From: Neisseria sp. 27098_8_112
GTDB lineage: Bacteria > Pseudomonadota > Gammaproteobacteria > Burkholderiales > Neisseriaceae
Reading direction: 5' to 3'
Length of the DNA: 32,000 bases
Assembly: GCF_041433235.1 (NCBI RefSeq)
Contig: NZ_JAPWBB010000002.1
Coordinates: 64,730 to 96,729, forward strand
Both the position numbers and the translations under genes were made by a program. The notes beneath the pieces were generated by a model, which did no database searches, was not told the origin of the DNA, and worked only from the letters and a program-made list of their open reading frames with translations. Positions 8,924 to 17,785 of the stretch are shown piece by piece. Position 1 is the stretch's first letter. Every line of letters starts with the position of its first letter.

Positions 8924-10333
8924 TTATTTAAACCATCTTGCCAATGTCGGAATACGCGACAACAACAGTGTATCCAAAATCCAAATAACAGCGATTGCGG
9001 CAATGGCTGTTGGGAAAATCACAGCCAAAATCAGAAGTGGCACAGCCATTGCCCACCATACCGGCAATTTGATTTTCTGTGCAGGAGGAACCAAACCATG
9101 TGCTTCTGAAGGACGGCGTTTCCACCACATCACACAGCCGCTGACGCAGATGAAGATGACCGCCAAGCAGAACAAAACGTTCGCCAGCACGCTCCACCAG
9201 CCCAGTGTACCCATATGCAAAGCAATGCTTGCCGCCATGAATTTACCAAACCAGTTGTAATCATCGAAATGAATATCAGCCAGGATTTTGCCACTGTATT
9301 GATCAATGTGTACCGTACGATCCGCAGTCGGGCTAATCATATCGTAACTCATTGAGTCTTGTGACAGCGTCCATACACCGGTCTCACCCTTAGGCAAATT
9401 AAGCTGATAGCGACCTTTAAAGCCAATTTCGCGCGCAAAGCGGTCAACCGTCTCCAACGTCATCGGCTCACTCGGATTAATACCGTTTTCGCCCATTGTC
9501 GTACCAGAAACCGGCATAGGCGTCAGTTCCAAAATCCATGGCACTTCTTTGGATTTACCGTCGTTCAGCACATCACCATGGGTTGGTACAGAAGATACCG
9601 GATTAGGCTCCACACCCCATTTACCCACAGGAAATTGGCTCCACGCCTGAACCACTTTACCGCCCAAAATACCTGCCCAAGCAACGCCCGACAGGCAGAA
9701 CAGCAATAAAATCAAAGAAACCCAAGAGCCAAATGCACCGTGCAGGTTGCGCCACCAAGAACGACCTTTGCCTGCTTTAGGCAAAAAAACAGCCTTCAGA
9801 CTACGCTGTTTTACCCACCACAAATAAATACCGGTCACAATCATGATGATGGTTAGCGACGCAGCGGTTTCCAACAGGTAGTCACCTGTCGCCCCTAGCA
9901 TAATATCGCCGTGAATTTCATCCATCGTGTGATACCAGCCTTGCCCGCGCGGCATCGTATTCACAACTTTTGCTGTATAGGGATCAACAGCAACCATAGT
10001 GGCTTTATCGTCATTGTTTACGCGGAATACGGCAACCATATCATCTGCGCGCGGCGCAATATATTGCACCACAGAGGCAGTTTCCGGATTCACAAACTGT
10101 CTGGCAGCTTCAGCCTGAGCCGACAAAGGCTGAACCACTGCCTGCGGCGTAACATGTATCCGCTCGCCTTCTTTACCGGTAATATTGGCAAATAGCAGCA
10201 TTCCCAACCCTGTAACAGCCAGCAGAGTTAAAAACGGCTCAACCAAAAGTCCGGCATAAAAATGCCATCGCCAAACAGTCAAATAACGGCGGTTAGCCTG
10301 TTGTTCATTTTGGGAAGTTGGTTTTGTTTCCAT
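8924..10333 (-). CDS. PepSY-domain / PiuB-like integral membrane protein (putative iron-regulated reductase-type membrane protein)
   Basis: 469 aa. The N-terminal WRWHFYAGLL motif is typical of PepSY-associated TM helix proteins. There are four or more TM segments and large periplasmic segments. Confidence 0.7.
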   Translation of the reverse strand: METKPTSQNEQQANRRYLTVWRWHFYAGLLVEPFLTLLAVTGLGMLLFANITGKEGERIHVTPQAVVQPLSAQAEAARQFVNPETASVVQYIAPRADDMVAVFRVNNDDKATMVAVDPYTAKVVNTMPRGQGWYHTMDEIHGDIMLGATGDYLLETAASLTIIMIVTGIYLWWVKQRSLKAVFLPKAGKGRSWWRNLHGAFGSWVSLILLLFCLSGVAWAGILGGKVVQAWSQFPVGKWGVEPNPVSSVPTHGDVLNDGKSKEVPWILELTPMPVSGTTMGENGINPSEPMTLETVDRFAREIGFKGRYQLNLPKGETGVWTLSQDSMSYDMISPTADRTVHIDQYSGKILADIHFDDYNWFGKFMAASIALHMGTLGWWSVLANVLFCLAVIFICVSGCVMWWKRRPSEAHGLVPPAQKIKLPVWWAMAVPLLILAVIFPTAIAAIAVIWILDTLLLSRIPTLARWFK

Positions 10334-10522
10334 ATATTCTCTTTATATAGTTAAAGCAGACTAATTATTACGAATTAGCATCAGACATTTTAATCAAAAA
10401 CATTCATTTAAGAAACCGTTTTTCCCATGCAGCTTTGAAATACTTCAATATTTAGTTTTCAGGCCGTCTGAAAAAACAAAATAGACAGAAAACAACACTT
10501 TACTGAAAATCCGTTTTAATCA

Positions 10523-10550
10523 TTGCGGTTTCGGCAGAATTTGGTAGAAT
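10523..10550 (+). promoter_or_regulatory. Putative greA leader promoter with an extended -10
   Basis: TTGCGG (10523-10528), a 16-nt spacer, then TGgTAGAAT (TG at 10542-10543, hexamer 10545-10550). Confidence 0.4.
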
Positions 10551-10574
10551 ACAGGCATTACTTATTTATTCATC

Positions 10575-10609
10575 AAGCCGCCAAGCTTTGGCGGCTTGTA
10601 TTTTTATTT
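10575..10609 (+). terminator. Intrinsic terminator inside the greA leader (GraL-like arrangement)
   Basis: AAGCCGCCAA-GCT-TTGGCGGCTT, a perfect 10-bp stem followed by GTATTTTTATTT. It is ~70 nt upstream of the greA start and ~25 nt downstream of the putative -10. Confidence 0.6.
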
Positions 10610-10677
10610 CCAATCCGGCTACCGCGTGTGGCCGGATAAAATTTTAAAAGCATCATCATGCTTTCATGGAGAACTCA

Positions 10678-11154
10678 ATGCAAAAAATCCCTTTGACCGT
10701 CCGTGGTGCAGAATTGTTGAAACAAGAACTTCAACACCTCAAAAGCGTAGCACGTCCAGAAGTCATTGAAGCCATCGCCGAAGCACGTTCGCACGGCGAC
10801 TTGTCTGAAAACGCAGAATACGAAGCCGCCAAAGAGCGTCAAGGCTTTATCGAAGGCCGCATCGCCGAGTTGGAACACAAACTCTCTATGGCGCACATCA
10901 TCAACCCTGCCGAAATCCACGCCGAAGGCAAAATCGTATTCGGCACAACTGTGACACTGGAAGATTTGGAAACTGAAGAACAAGTTACCTACCAAATCGT
11001 CGGTGAAGATGAAGCAGACATCAAAGAACGCAAAATCTACGTTGGCTCCCCCATTGCCCGCGCCCTAATCGGCAAAGAAGAAGGCGACATTGCAGAAGTT
11101 CAAGCACCCGGTGGCGTGCGTGAATATGACATCATTGCCGTACAATATATCTAA
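10678..11154 (+). CDS. greA: Transcription elongation factor GreA
   Basis: [62 protein letters not shown] closely parallels E. coli GreA. The ATG at 10678 gives the canonical 158-aa length. The ORF track starts 4 codons earlier at 10666. Confidence 0.95.
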   Translation: MQKIPLTVRGAELLKQELQHLKSVARPEVIEAIAEARSHGDLSENAEYEAAKERQGFIEGRIAELEHKLSMAHIINPAEIHAEGKIVFGTTVTLEDLETEEQVTYQIVGEDEADIKERKIYVGSPIARALIGKEEGDIAEVQAPGGVREYDIIAVQYI

Positions 11155-11160
11155 ATAAAC

Positions 11161-11196
11161 AAAAGGCCGTCTGAAAACATTTTCAGACGGCCTTTT
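11161..11196 (+). terminator. DUS inverted-pair terminator after greA
   Basis: AAAAGGCCGTCTGAAAACATTTTCAGACGGCCTTTT. Confidence 0.8.
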
Positions 11197-11252
11197 GTTG
11201 TATCTAAAAACACCATAATCAAAGAAAGTGAAATCTTCCCAGGAGAAGCATA

Positions 11253-11681
11253 ATGAATCTACTGTACAAAATTATCCAAACCGCTGCCGCCATGTGGCTT
11301 GGTATGCAGCTGACAGCAGGCTATGTTACTGCCCCTATCCTGTTCCGCATCCTGCCCAAAATGCAGGCAGGAGAAATTGCCGGCATTTTATTTGCGATTA
11401 CAGCACTATGTGGCTTAGTTATTTTTGGCGCAGCCTATGCCTTTTTAAGAAAACCGCTGGCCTCACTTTCTTGGTGGATCTTGGTGCTTTGGCTACTCTT
11501 AGCCTGCAACCATCTTTTGGTTACGCCGGTTATCGAGGCACACAAGTACGGGCTGGATAACTGGCTCTTGTCTCTAGTAGGCGGTACATTCGGCATTTGG
11601 CATGGCTTATCCAGTATTATCTTTTTAATCTGTACGATACTGGCAGCCATGTGCGTATGGAAATGGCCTAGGCCAAACTAA
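11253..11681 (+). CDS. Small 4-TM membrane protein, DUF4149/TMEM205-like
   Basis: 142 aa with four hydrophobic segments. An RBS (AGGAGAAG) lies upstream. The family assignment is from memory only. Confidence 0.55.
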   Translation: MNLLYKIIQTAAAMWLGMQLTAGYVTAPILFRILPKMQAGEIAGILFAITALCGLVIFGAAYAFLRKPLASLSWWILVLWLLLACNHLLVTPVIEAHKYGLDNWLLSLVGGTFGIWHGLSSIIFLICTILAAMCVWKWPRPN

Positions 11682-11692
11682 ACTGTTTTAAT

Positions 11693-11730
11693 AAAAGGCC
11701 GTCTGAAAATAAATCTTTCAGACGGCCCTT
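11693..11730 (+). terminator. DUS inverted-pair terminator
   Basis: AAAAGGCCGTCTGAAAATAAATCTTTCAGACGGCCCTT. Confidence 0.7.
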
Positions 11731-11774
11731 CTTATTTTGAAATCACGAATTATCTTGATTACTCAAATACAAGC

Positions 11775-11810
11775 CATAAAAAAATGCCCCGCATATCGCA
11801 GGGCATTTTT
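11775..11810 (-). terminator. Rho-independent terminator of rmpM
   Basis: AAAAATGCCC-(11 nt)-GGGCATTTTT. A T-run follows on the minus strand, 11 nt beyond the rmpM stop. Confidence 0.75.
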
Positions 11811-11820
11811 CACAAACCGA

Positions 11821-12582
11821 TTAAGGTTTAGCGTAACCGTGAACGCCATTGTAAGGAGCTGGGATCCAACCTTCATCAGTAGCAGGCAATTCGCCTTGAC
11901 CTTCGATAGTTTGGCCTGGAGCAACTTGACGAGTAACAACGCTGCGGATTTTAACGTCAACGCGGCGATCAGGCTCGATACAAGCGATAAGAGCAGCACG
12001 TTTCTTAGCTTTAGAAACTTTTTTGCCCAGTTTAGCAACTTCAGCTTCACAAGTAGCAGTCATGCGAGCTTGAGATTCGCCCAAACCTACTGCAGAGATT
12101 TTGCTAGAAGCAACGCCACGCCCTACCAAGTAGTTAGCCACTACGTTAGCACGACGCTCAGACAGAGCTTGGTTGTATTCTTCAGAACCCATGAAGTCAG
12201 TGTGACCTTCAACACGTACAGTTTCTACGTTTTTGTTGCTCAGGCGTTGAGCCAAAGCGTCCAGGTTTTCTTGAGCTTCAGGACGCAGGTTGTCTTTGTC
12301 GAAGCCGAACAGAGTTTTAGTAGACAGGGAAACAGTTTCATCAACATACTCAGGAGCTTGTTGTACAGGAGCAACTGCTTCGCGGTCACCACATTCAACA
12401 CGGCCTTCGGTAGCTTTGTCGAAGTAGCTGTTTTTCCAGCATTCGCCGTAGTTGTTACGGACGATTTCTTGAGATTGGCTGCTTACGGTGTAACCGTGTT
12501 TGGTGTGCGCTTCGCTGGCCATAGCGGTGCCAGAGGCAACCAAGGCAACGAACAATGCGCTTAATTTCAGCTGTTTGGTCAT
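11821..12582 (-). CDS. rmpM: OmpA-family outer-membrane protein RmpM (class 4 / PIII)
   Basis: [14 protein letters not shown]...[32 protein letters not shown] and [62 protein letters not shown] match my recollection of neisserial RmpM. The Pro/Glu-rich hinge of the meningococcal protein is much shorter here. Confidence 0.92.
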   Translation of the reverse strand: MTKQLKLSALFVALVASGTAMASEAHTKHGYTVSSQSQEIVRNNYGECWKNSYFDKATEGRVECGDREAVAPVQQAPEYVDETVSLSTKTLFGFDKDNLRPEAQENLDALAQRLSNKNVETVRVEGHTDFMGSEEYNQALSERRANVVANYLVGRGVASSKISAVGLGESQARMTATCEAEVAKLGKKVSKAKKRAALIACIEPDRRVDVKIRSVVTRQVAPGQTIEGQGELPATDEGWIPAPYNGVHGYAKP

Positions 12583-13024
12583 TTTATTCCCTCATCAAAT
12601 TGTTATGCGGCGGACTAGGAAAGCAACCGCTGCAAAGTACCAATATACAGGCCGCAGTATCAAAACAGCGGCAAATCGGATATATCAGGTTGCACTATAA
12701 AGAAGCGCAAGGCAAACTGTCAATACTCGATGCCTTCAAACAATCATGAAGTGCCTGCTTCCTAGTAGTTAATCATGCCGAAAAATCAATCTTGTGTCAT
12801 TAATTTAGGGCAAAATCAGACAATTCACCTACCTAAAGTTGTACAAAAACAACAAAACCCCTTTCCCTCTTCTTTCCTGAATTTCCTGTTTTCATATCAT
12901 TAAAAGATATTTTCATTAAAAACAACCATTTTCAAAACTCGGGGCAAAACCGGGCAAAATATGTTAAATTACAGACCGTTTGTCGCACAAAATCCACAAT
13001 AACAACGTATCCGATACTGTCACC

Positions 13025-13975
13025 ATGAAACTGCAACAATTACGTTACGCCCTTGAAGTTTACCGGCACAATCTGAATGTCTCCGAGGCTGCCGATGCGC
13101 TTTTTACATCCCAGCCCGGCATTTCCAAACAAATCCGCCTGCTTGAAGAAGAATTGGGTATCCAAATTTTTATCCGCAGCGGCAAGCGTGTGGTTTCCGT
13201 TTCGCAACCGGGCAAAGCCGTATTAGAGATTTCAGAACGGATTTTGCGTGATGTACAAAACATTAAAAATATCGGCAGCGAGTTTACCGATCACGACAGC
13301 GGCTCGCTGACCATTGCCACGACGCACACCCAAGCGCGTTATGCATTACCTAAAATCGTTGCGGAATTTGTGAAAAACTACCCCAAGGTCAATTTGACCA
13401 TCAAACAAGGCAGCCCTTCTGCCATTGCGCAAATGGTCAGCAGCGGCGAAGCTGATTTGGCAATTATTACTGAACGCATTGACGATCATCCTGAGTTGGG
13501 CAAGCTGCCCTGCTATGAATGGAATCATGCCGTCATTGTTCCACACGACCACCCTCTTTTGGACTGCCGCAATCCTTTAAGCCTTGAAGATTTGGCTTCT
13601 TTTCCGCTGGTTACTTACGAATTTGCTTTTAATTCCGGCAGCAGTATCGCGCGTACATTTAATAAAGCGCATATCGAGCAACCTGATGTTGCCTTATCGG
13701 CTGCCGATACGGATGTATTGAAAACGTATGTACGCTTAGGCTTGGGCGTTGGTTTGATGGCCAAAATGGCGTACGATCCCGCGGTTGATCAAGATTTACA
13801 GCTGATTGATGCGGCGCACTTATTTGAACCGTCGCCCACTTGGATAGCCTTACGCTCGGATACTTACCTGCGCGGTTACGCGTATGACTTTATCCAGATG
13901 TTTGCACCGAAACTGACCAGAGAAGTAGTCGACCGCATTCTGTACACGCCGGTTGTTGAAGATTTTTCAATTTAA
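13025..13975 (+). CDS. cysB: LysR-family transcriptional regulator CysB
   Basis: MKLQQLRYALEV...NLNVSEAADALFTSQPGISKQIRLLEEELG is the characteristic CysB/Cbl HTH. I prefer the ATG at 13025 to the upstream TTG at 12980. Confidence 0.85.
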   Translation: MKLQQLRYALEVYRHNLNVSEAADALFTSQPGISKQIRLLEEELGIQIFIRSGKRVVSVSQPGKAVLEISERILRDVQNIKNIGSEFTDHDSGSLTIATTHTQARYALPKIVAEFVKNYPKVNLTIKQGSPSAIAQMVSSGEADLAIITERIDDHPELGKLPCYEWNHAVIVPHDHPLLDCRNPLSLEDLASFPLVTYEFAFNSGSSIARTFNKAHIEQPDVALSAADTDVLKTYVRLGLGVGLMAKMAYDPAVDQDLQLIDAAHLFEPSPTWIALRSDTYLRGYAYDFIQMFAPKLTREVVDRILYTPVVEDFSI

Positions 13976-14024
13976 TATCTGACTATAACTTGCGTAACTT
14001 AACAATTATTCTTTAATTCTTGTT

Positions 14025-14055
14025 AAAAGGCCGTCTGAAATATTTCAGACGGCCT
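14025..14055. terminator. Bidirectional DUS inverted-pair terminator between convergent cysB and fnr
   Basis: AAAAGGCCGTCTGAAATATTTCAGACGGCCT. Confidence 0.75.
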
Positions 14056-14060
14056 AAGAT

Positions 14061-14795
14061 TCAGATAGCGTGCGAACAACCGGAAACCATTTTCTTCAAG
14101 GTTGTCGCATCTAAGATTTTGATGTGCTTGTGTTCAACCGAAATCAAGCCTTCATGATGGAATTTAGACAAGGTGCGGCTGACTGTTTCCAGCTTCAGCC
14201 CCAAATAGCTGCCGATTTCCTCACGCGACATCCGCAAGATAAAATCATTGGCGGCGAAGCCTCGTGAATAGAGTCGCTGAGACAGGTTGAGCAAGAATGC
14301 TGCCAATCGCTCTTCAGCGCGCATATTGCCCAAAAGCAACATAACGCCCTGATCTCGGACAATTTCACGACTCATCAAGCGGAAAAAGTGAGAACGAAGG
14401 CTGGGAATATCCTGACCGAGTTCTTCAATATGTGTAAACGGAAGCTCGCATACCTCGCTGTCTTCCAAAGCCACAGCATCACAGCTGTGAATATGGGAAC
14501 AAATCCCATCCATACCGATCAGCTCGCCCGACATAAAAAAGCCGGTTACCTGATCTCGTCCATCTTGGCTGGCGACTGTTGTCTTAAAGAAGCCCGCACG
14601 GATGGCAAACAAAGAGGTAAACGGCTCGCCGGCACGGAACAGGTATTCACCTTTTTTCAGACGGCGGCTTTGACGAATAACCGCGTCCAATTGTGAAAAT
14701 TCGTTAGGCATCAGTCCTACAGGCAAACACAGCTCGCGTAAAGAACATGTGGAACACAAGGTTTTCATTTGATGTGTTGCATTGTGTGTGGCCAT
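14061..14795 (-). CDS. fnr: Oxygen-sensing transcriptional regulator FNR (CRP/FNR family)
   Basis: N-terminal Cys cluster CSTCSLRELC plus an internal Cys for the [4Fe-4S] cluster, a cNMP-like domain, and the C-terminal HTH EIGSYLGLKLETVSRTL with the FNR-type E--SR recognition motif. Confidence 0.93.
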   Translation of the reverse strand: MATHNATHQMKTLCSTCSLRELCLPVGLMPNEFSQLDAVIRQSRRLKKGEYLFRAGEPFTSLFAIRAGFFKTTVASQDGRDQVTGFFMSGELIGMDGICSHIHSCDAVALEDSEVCELPFTHIEELGQDIPSLRSHFFRLMSREIVRDQGVMLLLGNMRAEERLAAFLLNLSQRLYSRGFAANDFILRMSREEIGSYLGLKLETVSRTLSKFHHEGLISVEHKHIKILDATTLKKMVSGCSHAI

Positions 14796-14849
14796 AACGC
14801 ACCTTTAATTTGCTTAGTTCTCTCAATCCCTGATTAAGCCGAATAACTA

Positions 14850-14863
14850 TTGACCCATGTCAA
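14850..14863. promoter_or_regulatory. FNR box in the fnr-hemN divergent intergenic region
   Basis: TTGAC-CCAT-GTCAA is a perfect palindrome. It matches TTGAT-N4-ATCAA except for one symmetric position. It lies 55 bp from the fnr ATG and 95 bp from the hemN ATG. Confidence 0.55.
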
Positions 14864-14957
14864 AGTCGGCATATCATTATGAGGCATTCTACCAAACTAT
14901 CGAAATTTTGACTAAAATTTTCCCTAATTTCCTTACTTCATACTACAAGCCCCGACC

Positions 14958-16379
14958 ATGAAAATCATCCCCATCTCAAATAACACCAACACAAACAATG
15001 AATTACCGGAATTCGACCGCGAATTGATTGCCAGTTTGCCATCAAGCGGTCCACGTTATACATCCTATCCGACCGCCGACCGCTTCCATGAAGGCTTTAA
15101 AGAAGCCGAATATATCCAAGCTTTAAACCTGCGCAACATGGGCGCGCTCAACAAACCCCTTTCGCTCTACATCCACATCCCCTTCTGCAATACCATCTGC
15201 TACTACTGCGGCTGCAACAAAATCATTACCAAAGACAAAAGCCGTGCCGATGCCTATATCCAATATCTGGAAAAAGAAATGGAGTTGCTGGCACCGCATT
15301 TGGGCGGACGACACCAGCTTGCACAACTCCACTTCGGCGGCGGCACGCCCACATTCCTGAGCGACGACCAACTCGAACGCGTATTCGACATGATCCGCAA
15401 ATACTTCCAGCTGATTCCCAACGGCGAATACTCCATCGAAATCGACCCGCGCAAAGTCAGCCGCGAAACCGTCCTCAAACTGGGCAAACTCGGTTTCAAC
15501 CGCATGAGTGTCGGTATTCAAGACTTTGACCCTAAAGTGCAGGAAGCCGTCAACCGCATTCAAAGTTATGAAGAAACCAAAGAAGTGATTGATGCCGCGC
15601 GTGAAGCCGGGTTTAAATCGGTCAGCGTCGATTTGATTTACGGCCTGCCGCACCAAAACACCGAAAGCATCAAAACCACCATCGATACGGTCTTATCCCT
15701 CGATCCCGACCGCCTTGCCCTTTACCACTACGCCCACCTGCCGCATATCTTCAAACCGCAACGCCGTATCGACACCAATGTCGTCCCCGGCAGCGAAGAA
15801 AAACTCGATATGCTGCAATATTGCGTTCAAACCCTGACCGAGCGCGGCTACGTTTTCATCGGTATGGACCACTTTGCCAAACCTGACGATGAACTCTCCA
15901 TCGCCCTCAAAGAAGGCTTCCTGCAACGCAACTTCCAAGGCTACTCGACCTATGCCGACTGCGACTTGGTGGCGATCGGCGTGTCCTCTATCGGCAAAAT
16001 CGGCAGCACCTACTCCCAAAACGAGCGCGACATCGATGCCTATTACGCAGCACTCGACGCCGGACACCTGCCCATCATGCGCGGCTACCAGCTTAATCAA
16101 GACGACATCCTGCGCCGTAACATCATTCAAGATTTGATGTGCCGCTTCTCGCTTGATTATCAAATTTACGAAAGCGTGTTCGGCATTCCGTTTAGCCGTT
16201 ATTTCGCGGTCGAGCTGGAAGACATGAAACAACTGGAAACCCTCGGTCTGGTTCGTCTCAAACCGCACGGTCTGACCGTTACACCGAAGGGCCGTTTCCT
16301 GATCCGCAACATCGCCATGGTATTCGACTACCATTTGCGCCATAAAGAAACCAAAGCCAAATACTCACAAACCGTATAA
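14958..16379 (+). CDS. hemN: Oxygen-independent coproporphyrinogen III oxidase (radical SAM)
   Basis: GPRYTSYPTA, the radical-SAM CNTICYYCGC cluster motif, GGGTPTFL, and a 473-aa length typical of HemN. Confidence 0.93.
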   Translation: MKIIPISNNTNTNNELPEFDRELIASLPSSGPRYTSYPTADRFHEGFKEAEYIQALNLRNMGALNKPLSLYIHIPFCNTICYYCGCNKIITKDKSRADAYIQYLEKEMELLAPHLGGRHQLAQLHFGGGTPTFLSDDQLERVFDMIRKYFQLIPNGEYSIEIDPRKVSRETVLKLGKLGFNRMSVGIQDFDPKVQEAVNRIQSYEETKEVIDAAREAGFKSVSVDLIYGLPHQNTESIKTTIDTVLSLDPDRLALYHYAHLPHIFKPQRRIDTNVVPGSEEKLDMLQYCVQTLTERGYVFIGMDHFAKPDDELSIALKEGFLQRNFQGYSTYADCDLVAIGVSSIGKIGSTYSQNERDIDAYYAALDAGHLPIMRGYQLNQDDILRRNIIQDLMCRFSLDYQIYESVFGIPFSRYFAVELEDMKQLETLGLVRLKPHGLTVTPKGRFLIRNIAMVFDYHLRHKETKAKYSQTV

Positions 16380-16493
16380 ACAGGAATGGAAAAGATGATA
16401 TATTGGCCTGTCAATTATTAAAATAAGTTAATTTCTTATGTTTATGTTTTTAATAGGTATTTAGTTATTGCATTTTCAACAGAAACGACAAAG

Positions 16494-16523
16494 AACGGCT
16501 GTTTTTACAGCCGTTTTGTTTTG
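16494..16523 (+). terminator. Hairpin plus T-run between hemN and the recombinase stop codon
   Basis: AACGGCTG-TTTTTA-CAGCCGTT followed by TTGTTTTG. I cannot decide whether it belongs to the host (hemN terminator) or to the element. Confidence 0.5.
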
Positions 16524-16533
16524 TATGAAATTG

Positions 16534-17490
16534 TTAAACCGTCTGATGACGCGCTTTATCAAACGGTTTTTTAGTCTTGTGTATATAAAAGGCGATTTTT
16601 GCCAATTTCCGCATTAGTGCAACAATGATTATCATCTTAGGCTTTTTTGCCGCTTCCAAATTGCTTACAAGTTGAGGAAATGCATTCATGCGGTAGGCAA
16701 CAAGGGCAGGCATAAACAAAGCCCGTTTTAATTGGCGGTGTCCGTATCGGCTCAATCTGCCTTTTTTATTGACACTTGTCCCTGATTGTTCAATTTTTGG
16801 ACTTAGACCGGCAAAGGCTACAAATTTATTCGCTGTTTCAAAATTCTTATCTGTCAAGTGTCTTAGTAGGATCACTGCGGTTTCTTTTCCTATTGCCGGT
16901 ATGATTTGCAGGTTTTGATATTCGATATTTAGGCTTTCTTTCTGTTTTATCATGCCATCTATCCGCTTTGATGTCTGATCTATTTTTTCTTCAAGTAGTT
17001 CTATGATTGCTTCATGGGTTGATTTTATGTAGATGTCTTTTGCAGTATGCAACCTGTTTTGTGTTTCTTTTTGCTGTTCCTTGAGTTGTTGCAGCAGATT
17101 AACCAACTTATAGAGTATTGGATTTTCAGACGGCCTAAACGGTGTCAGTTTGTCTAAGTGTCGGTTTGCAAATTCGGCGATAAGTTTTGAATCTGCTTTG
17201 TCTGTTTTGGTATGGCTAAACTGACTTTTTGCGTATTCTTTTATTTTCAAGGGATTAATTACATAAACGGTATAGAGTGCGCTCAAATATTCTGCCGCCT
17301 GTTCGTAGTAAATGCCTGTTGCTTCCATACTTATGGCAATTTTTCTGATTCTTTTTGTTTTTATCCAATTAATCAGATTCTCAAATCCTTCTGTATTATT
17401 TGATATTTTTATATAGTCTTTGTTTCCTTTAGTTGTAATCAATGTTGCGTCTATCGTGTCTTTAGATACGTCTAAACCTATTACATTCAT
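16534..17490 (-). CDS. IS110-family (Piv/Irg-like) DEDD transposase/recombinase
   Basis: N-terminal RuvC-like DEDD motifs (IGLDVSKD, SMEATGIYY, KTDKADS) and the C-terminal Transposase_20-type motif (AGLSPKIEQSGTS...RLSRYGHRQLKRALF). RBS AAGGAA lies 7 nt upstream of the ATG. The gene contains one canonical host-type DUS (17125-17136). Confidence 0.9.
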   Translation of the reverse strand: MNVIGLDVSKDTIDATLITTKGNKDYIKISNNTEGFENLINWIKTKRIRKIAISMEATGIYYEQAAEYLSALYTVYVINPLKIKEYAKSQFSHTKTDKADSKLIAEFANRHLDKLTPFRPSENPILYKLVNLLQQLKEQQKETQNRLHTAKDIYIKSTHEAIIELLEEKIDQTSKRIDGMIKQKESLNIEYQNLQIIPAIGKETAVILLRHLTDKNFETANKFVAFAGLSPKIEQSGTSVNKKGRLSRYGHRQLKRALFMPALVAYRMNAFPQLVSNLEAAKKPKMIIIVALMRKLAKIAFYIHKTKKPFDKARHQTV

Positions 17491-17640
17491 TTCATTTTCC
17501 TTATTTATTCAGCCTGATACGGCTATGATGATATTCAATCTTTAAGGTAATTGGACGGTTCGACATATCTTTTCCTCAGTTTTTAACTCTGGTCGTTATA
17601 CTGTCTAAACCGCCCAGGCTTTTGTTTTGCGCTTAAACAA

Positions 17641-17680
17641 AAACCTGTAAACCGTCTTAATTAAAACGATTTACAGGTTT
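17641..17680 (-). repeat. Long hairpin, terminator-like on the minus strand
   Basis: AAACCTGTAAA...TTTACAGGTTT, perfect 11-bp arms. The 18-nt spacer (CCGTCTTAATTAAAACGA) is itself self-complementary around TTAATTAA. A T-run follows on the minus strand. Confidence 0.6.
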
Positions 17681-17707
17681 CAATTTAATTTACCCAATTT
17701 CAAAAAG

Positions 17708-17721
17708 GCGGGAGTTCCCGC
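17708..17721. repeat. GC-rich palindrome GCGGGAGTTCCCGC
   Basis: 6-bp arms separated by 2 nt, with an A5/T5 run adjacent. It could be a protein-binding site or a small hairpin. Confidence 0.4.
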
Positions 17722-17729
17722 ACCCCGTT

Positions 17730-17785
17730 GATATTTATTTAACCGTTGATTCCGCTTAGGCTACATCAACAATTAAATAAATATC
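17730..17785. repeat. 21-bp AT-rich inverted repeat immediately after the zot-like stop codon
   Basis: GATATTTATTTAACCGTTGAT (17730-17750) against ATCAACAATTAAATAAATATC (17765-17785): 19 of 21 complementary, 14-nt loop. Confidence 0.7.

Noticed and set aside
8738-9109. 123-aa plus-strand ORF after rplS
   Set aside because: It starts inside the rplS terminator, runs through a DUS pair, and overlaps the PepSY gene antisense. The translation is low complexity.
11737-12564. 275-aa plus-strand ORF covering the rmpM locus
   Set aside because: It is the antisense shadow of the well-recognised rmpM gene. The translation is Ser/Phe/Thr-rich and low complexity, with no start context.
12583-13024. Long (~440 bp) rmpM-cysB intergenic region as a possible sRNA locus
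   Set aside because: I found no convincing promoter-plus-terminator pair. The only feature is a weak 11-nt imperfect inverted repeat ~140 bp apart. The two ORF-track entries (12500-12700, 12555-12749) lack coding character.
15693-16343. 216-aa minus-strand ORF inside hemN. Similar long antisense ORFs occur at 29547-30149 (in dapE), 30806-31471 (in the hemerythrin and 206-aa genes), 22303-22788 (in phage ssb/rep), 3455-3880 (in the kinase) and 27003-27401 (in argF).
   Set aside because: All lie antisense to confidently identified genes. They have non-protein-like composition and are the usual shadow ORFs of GC-biased coding DNA.
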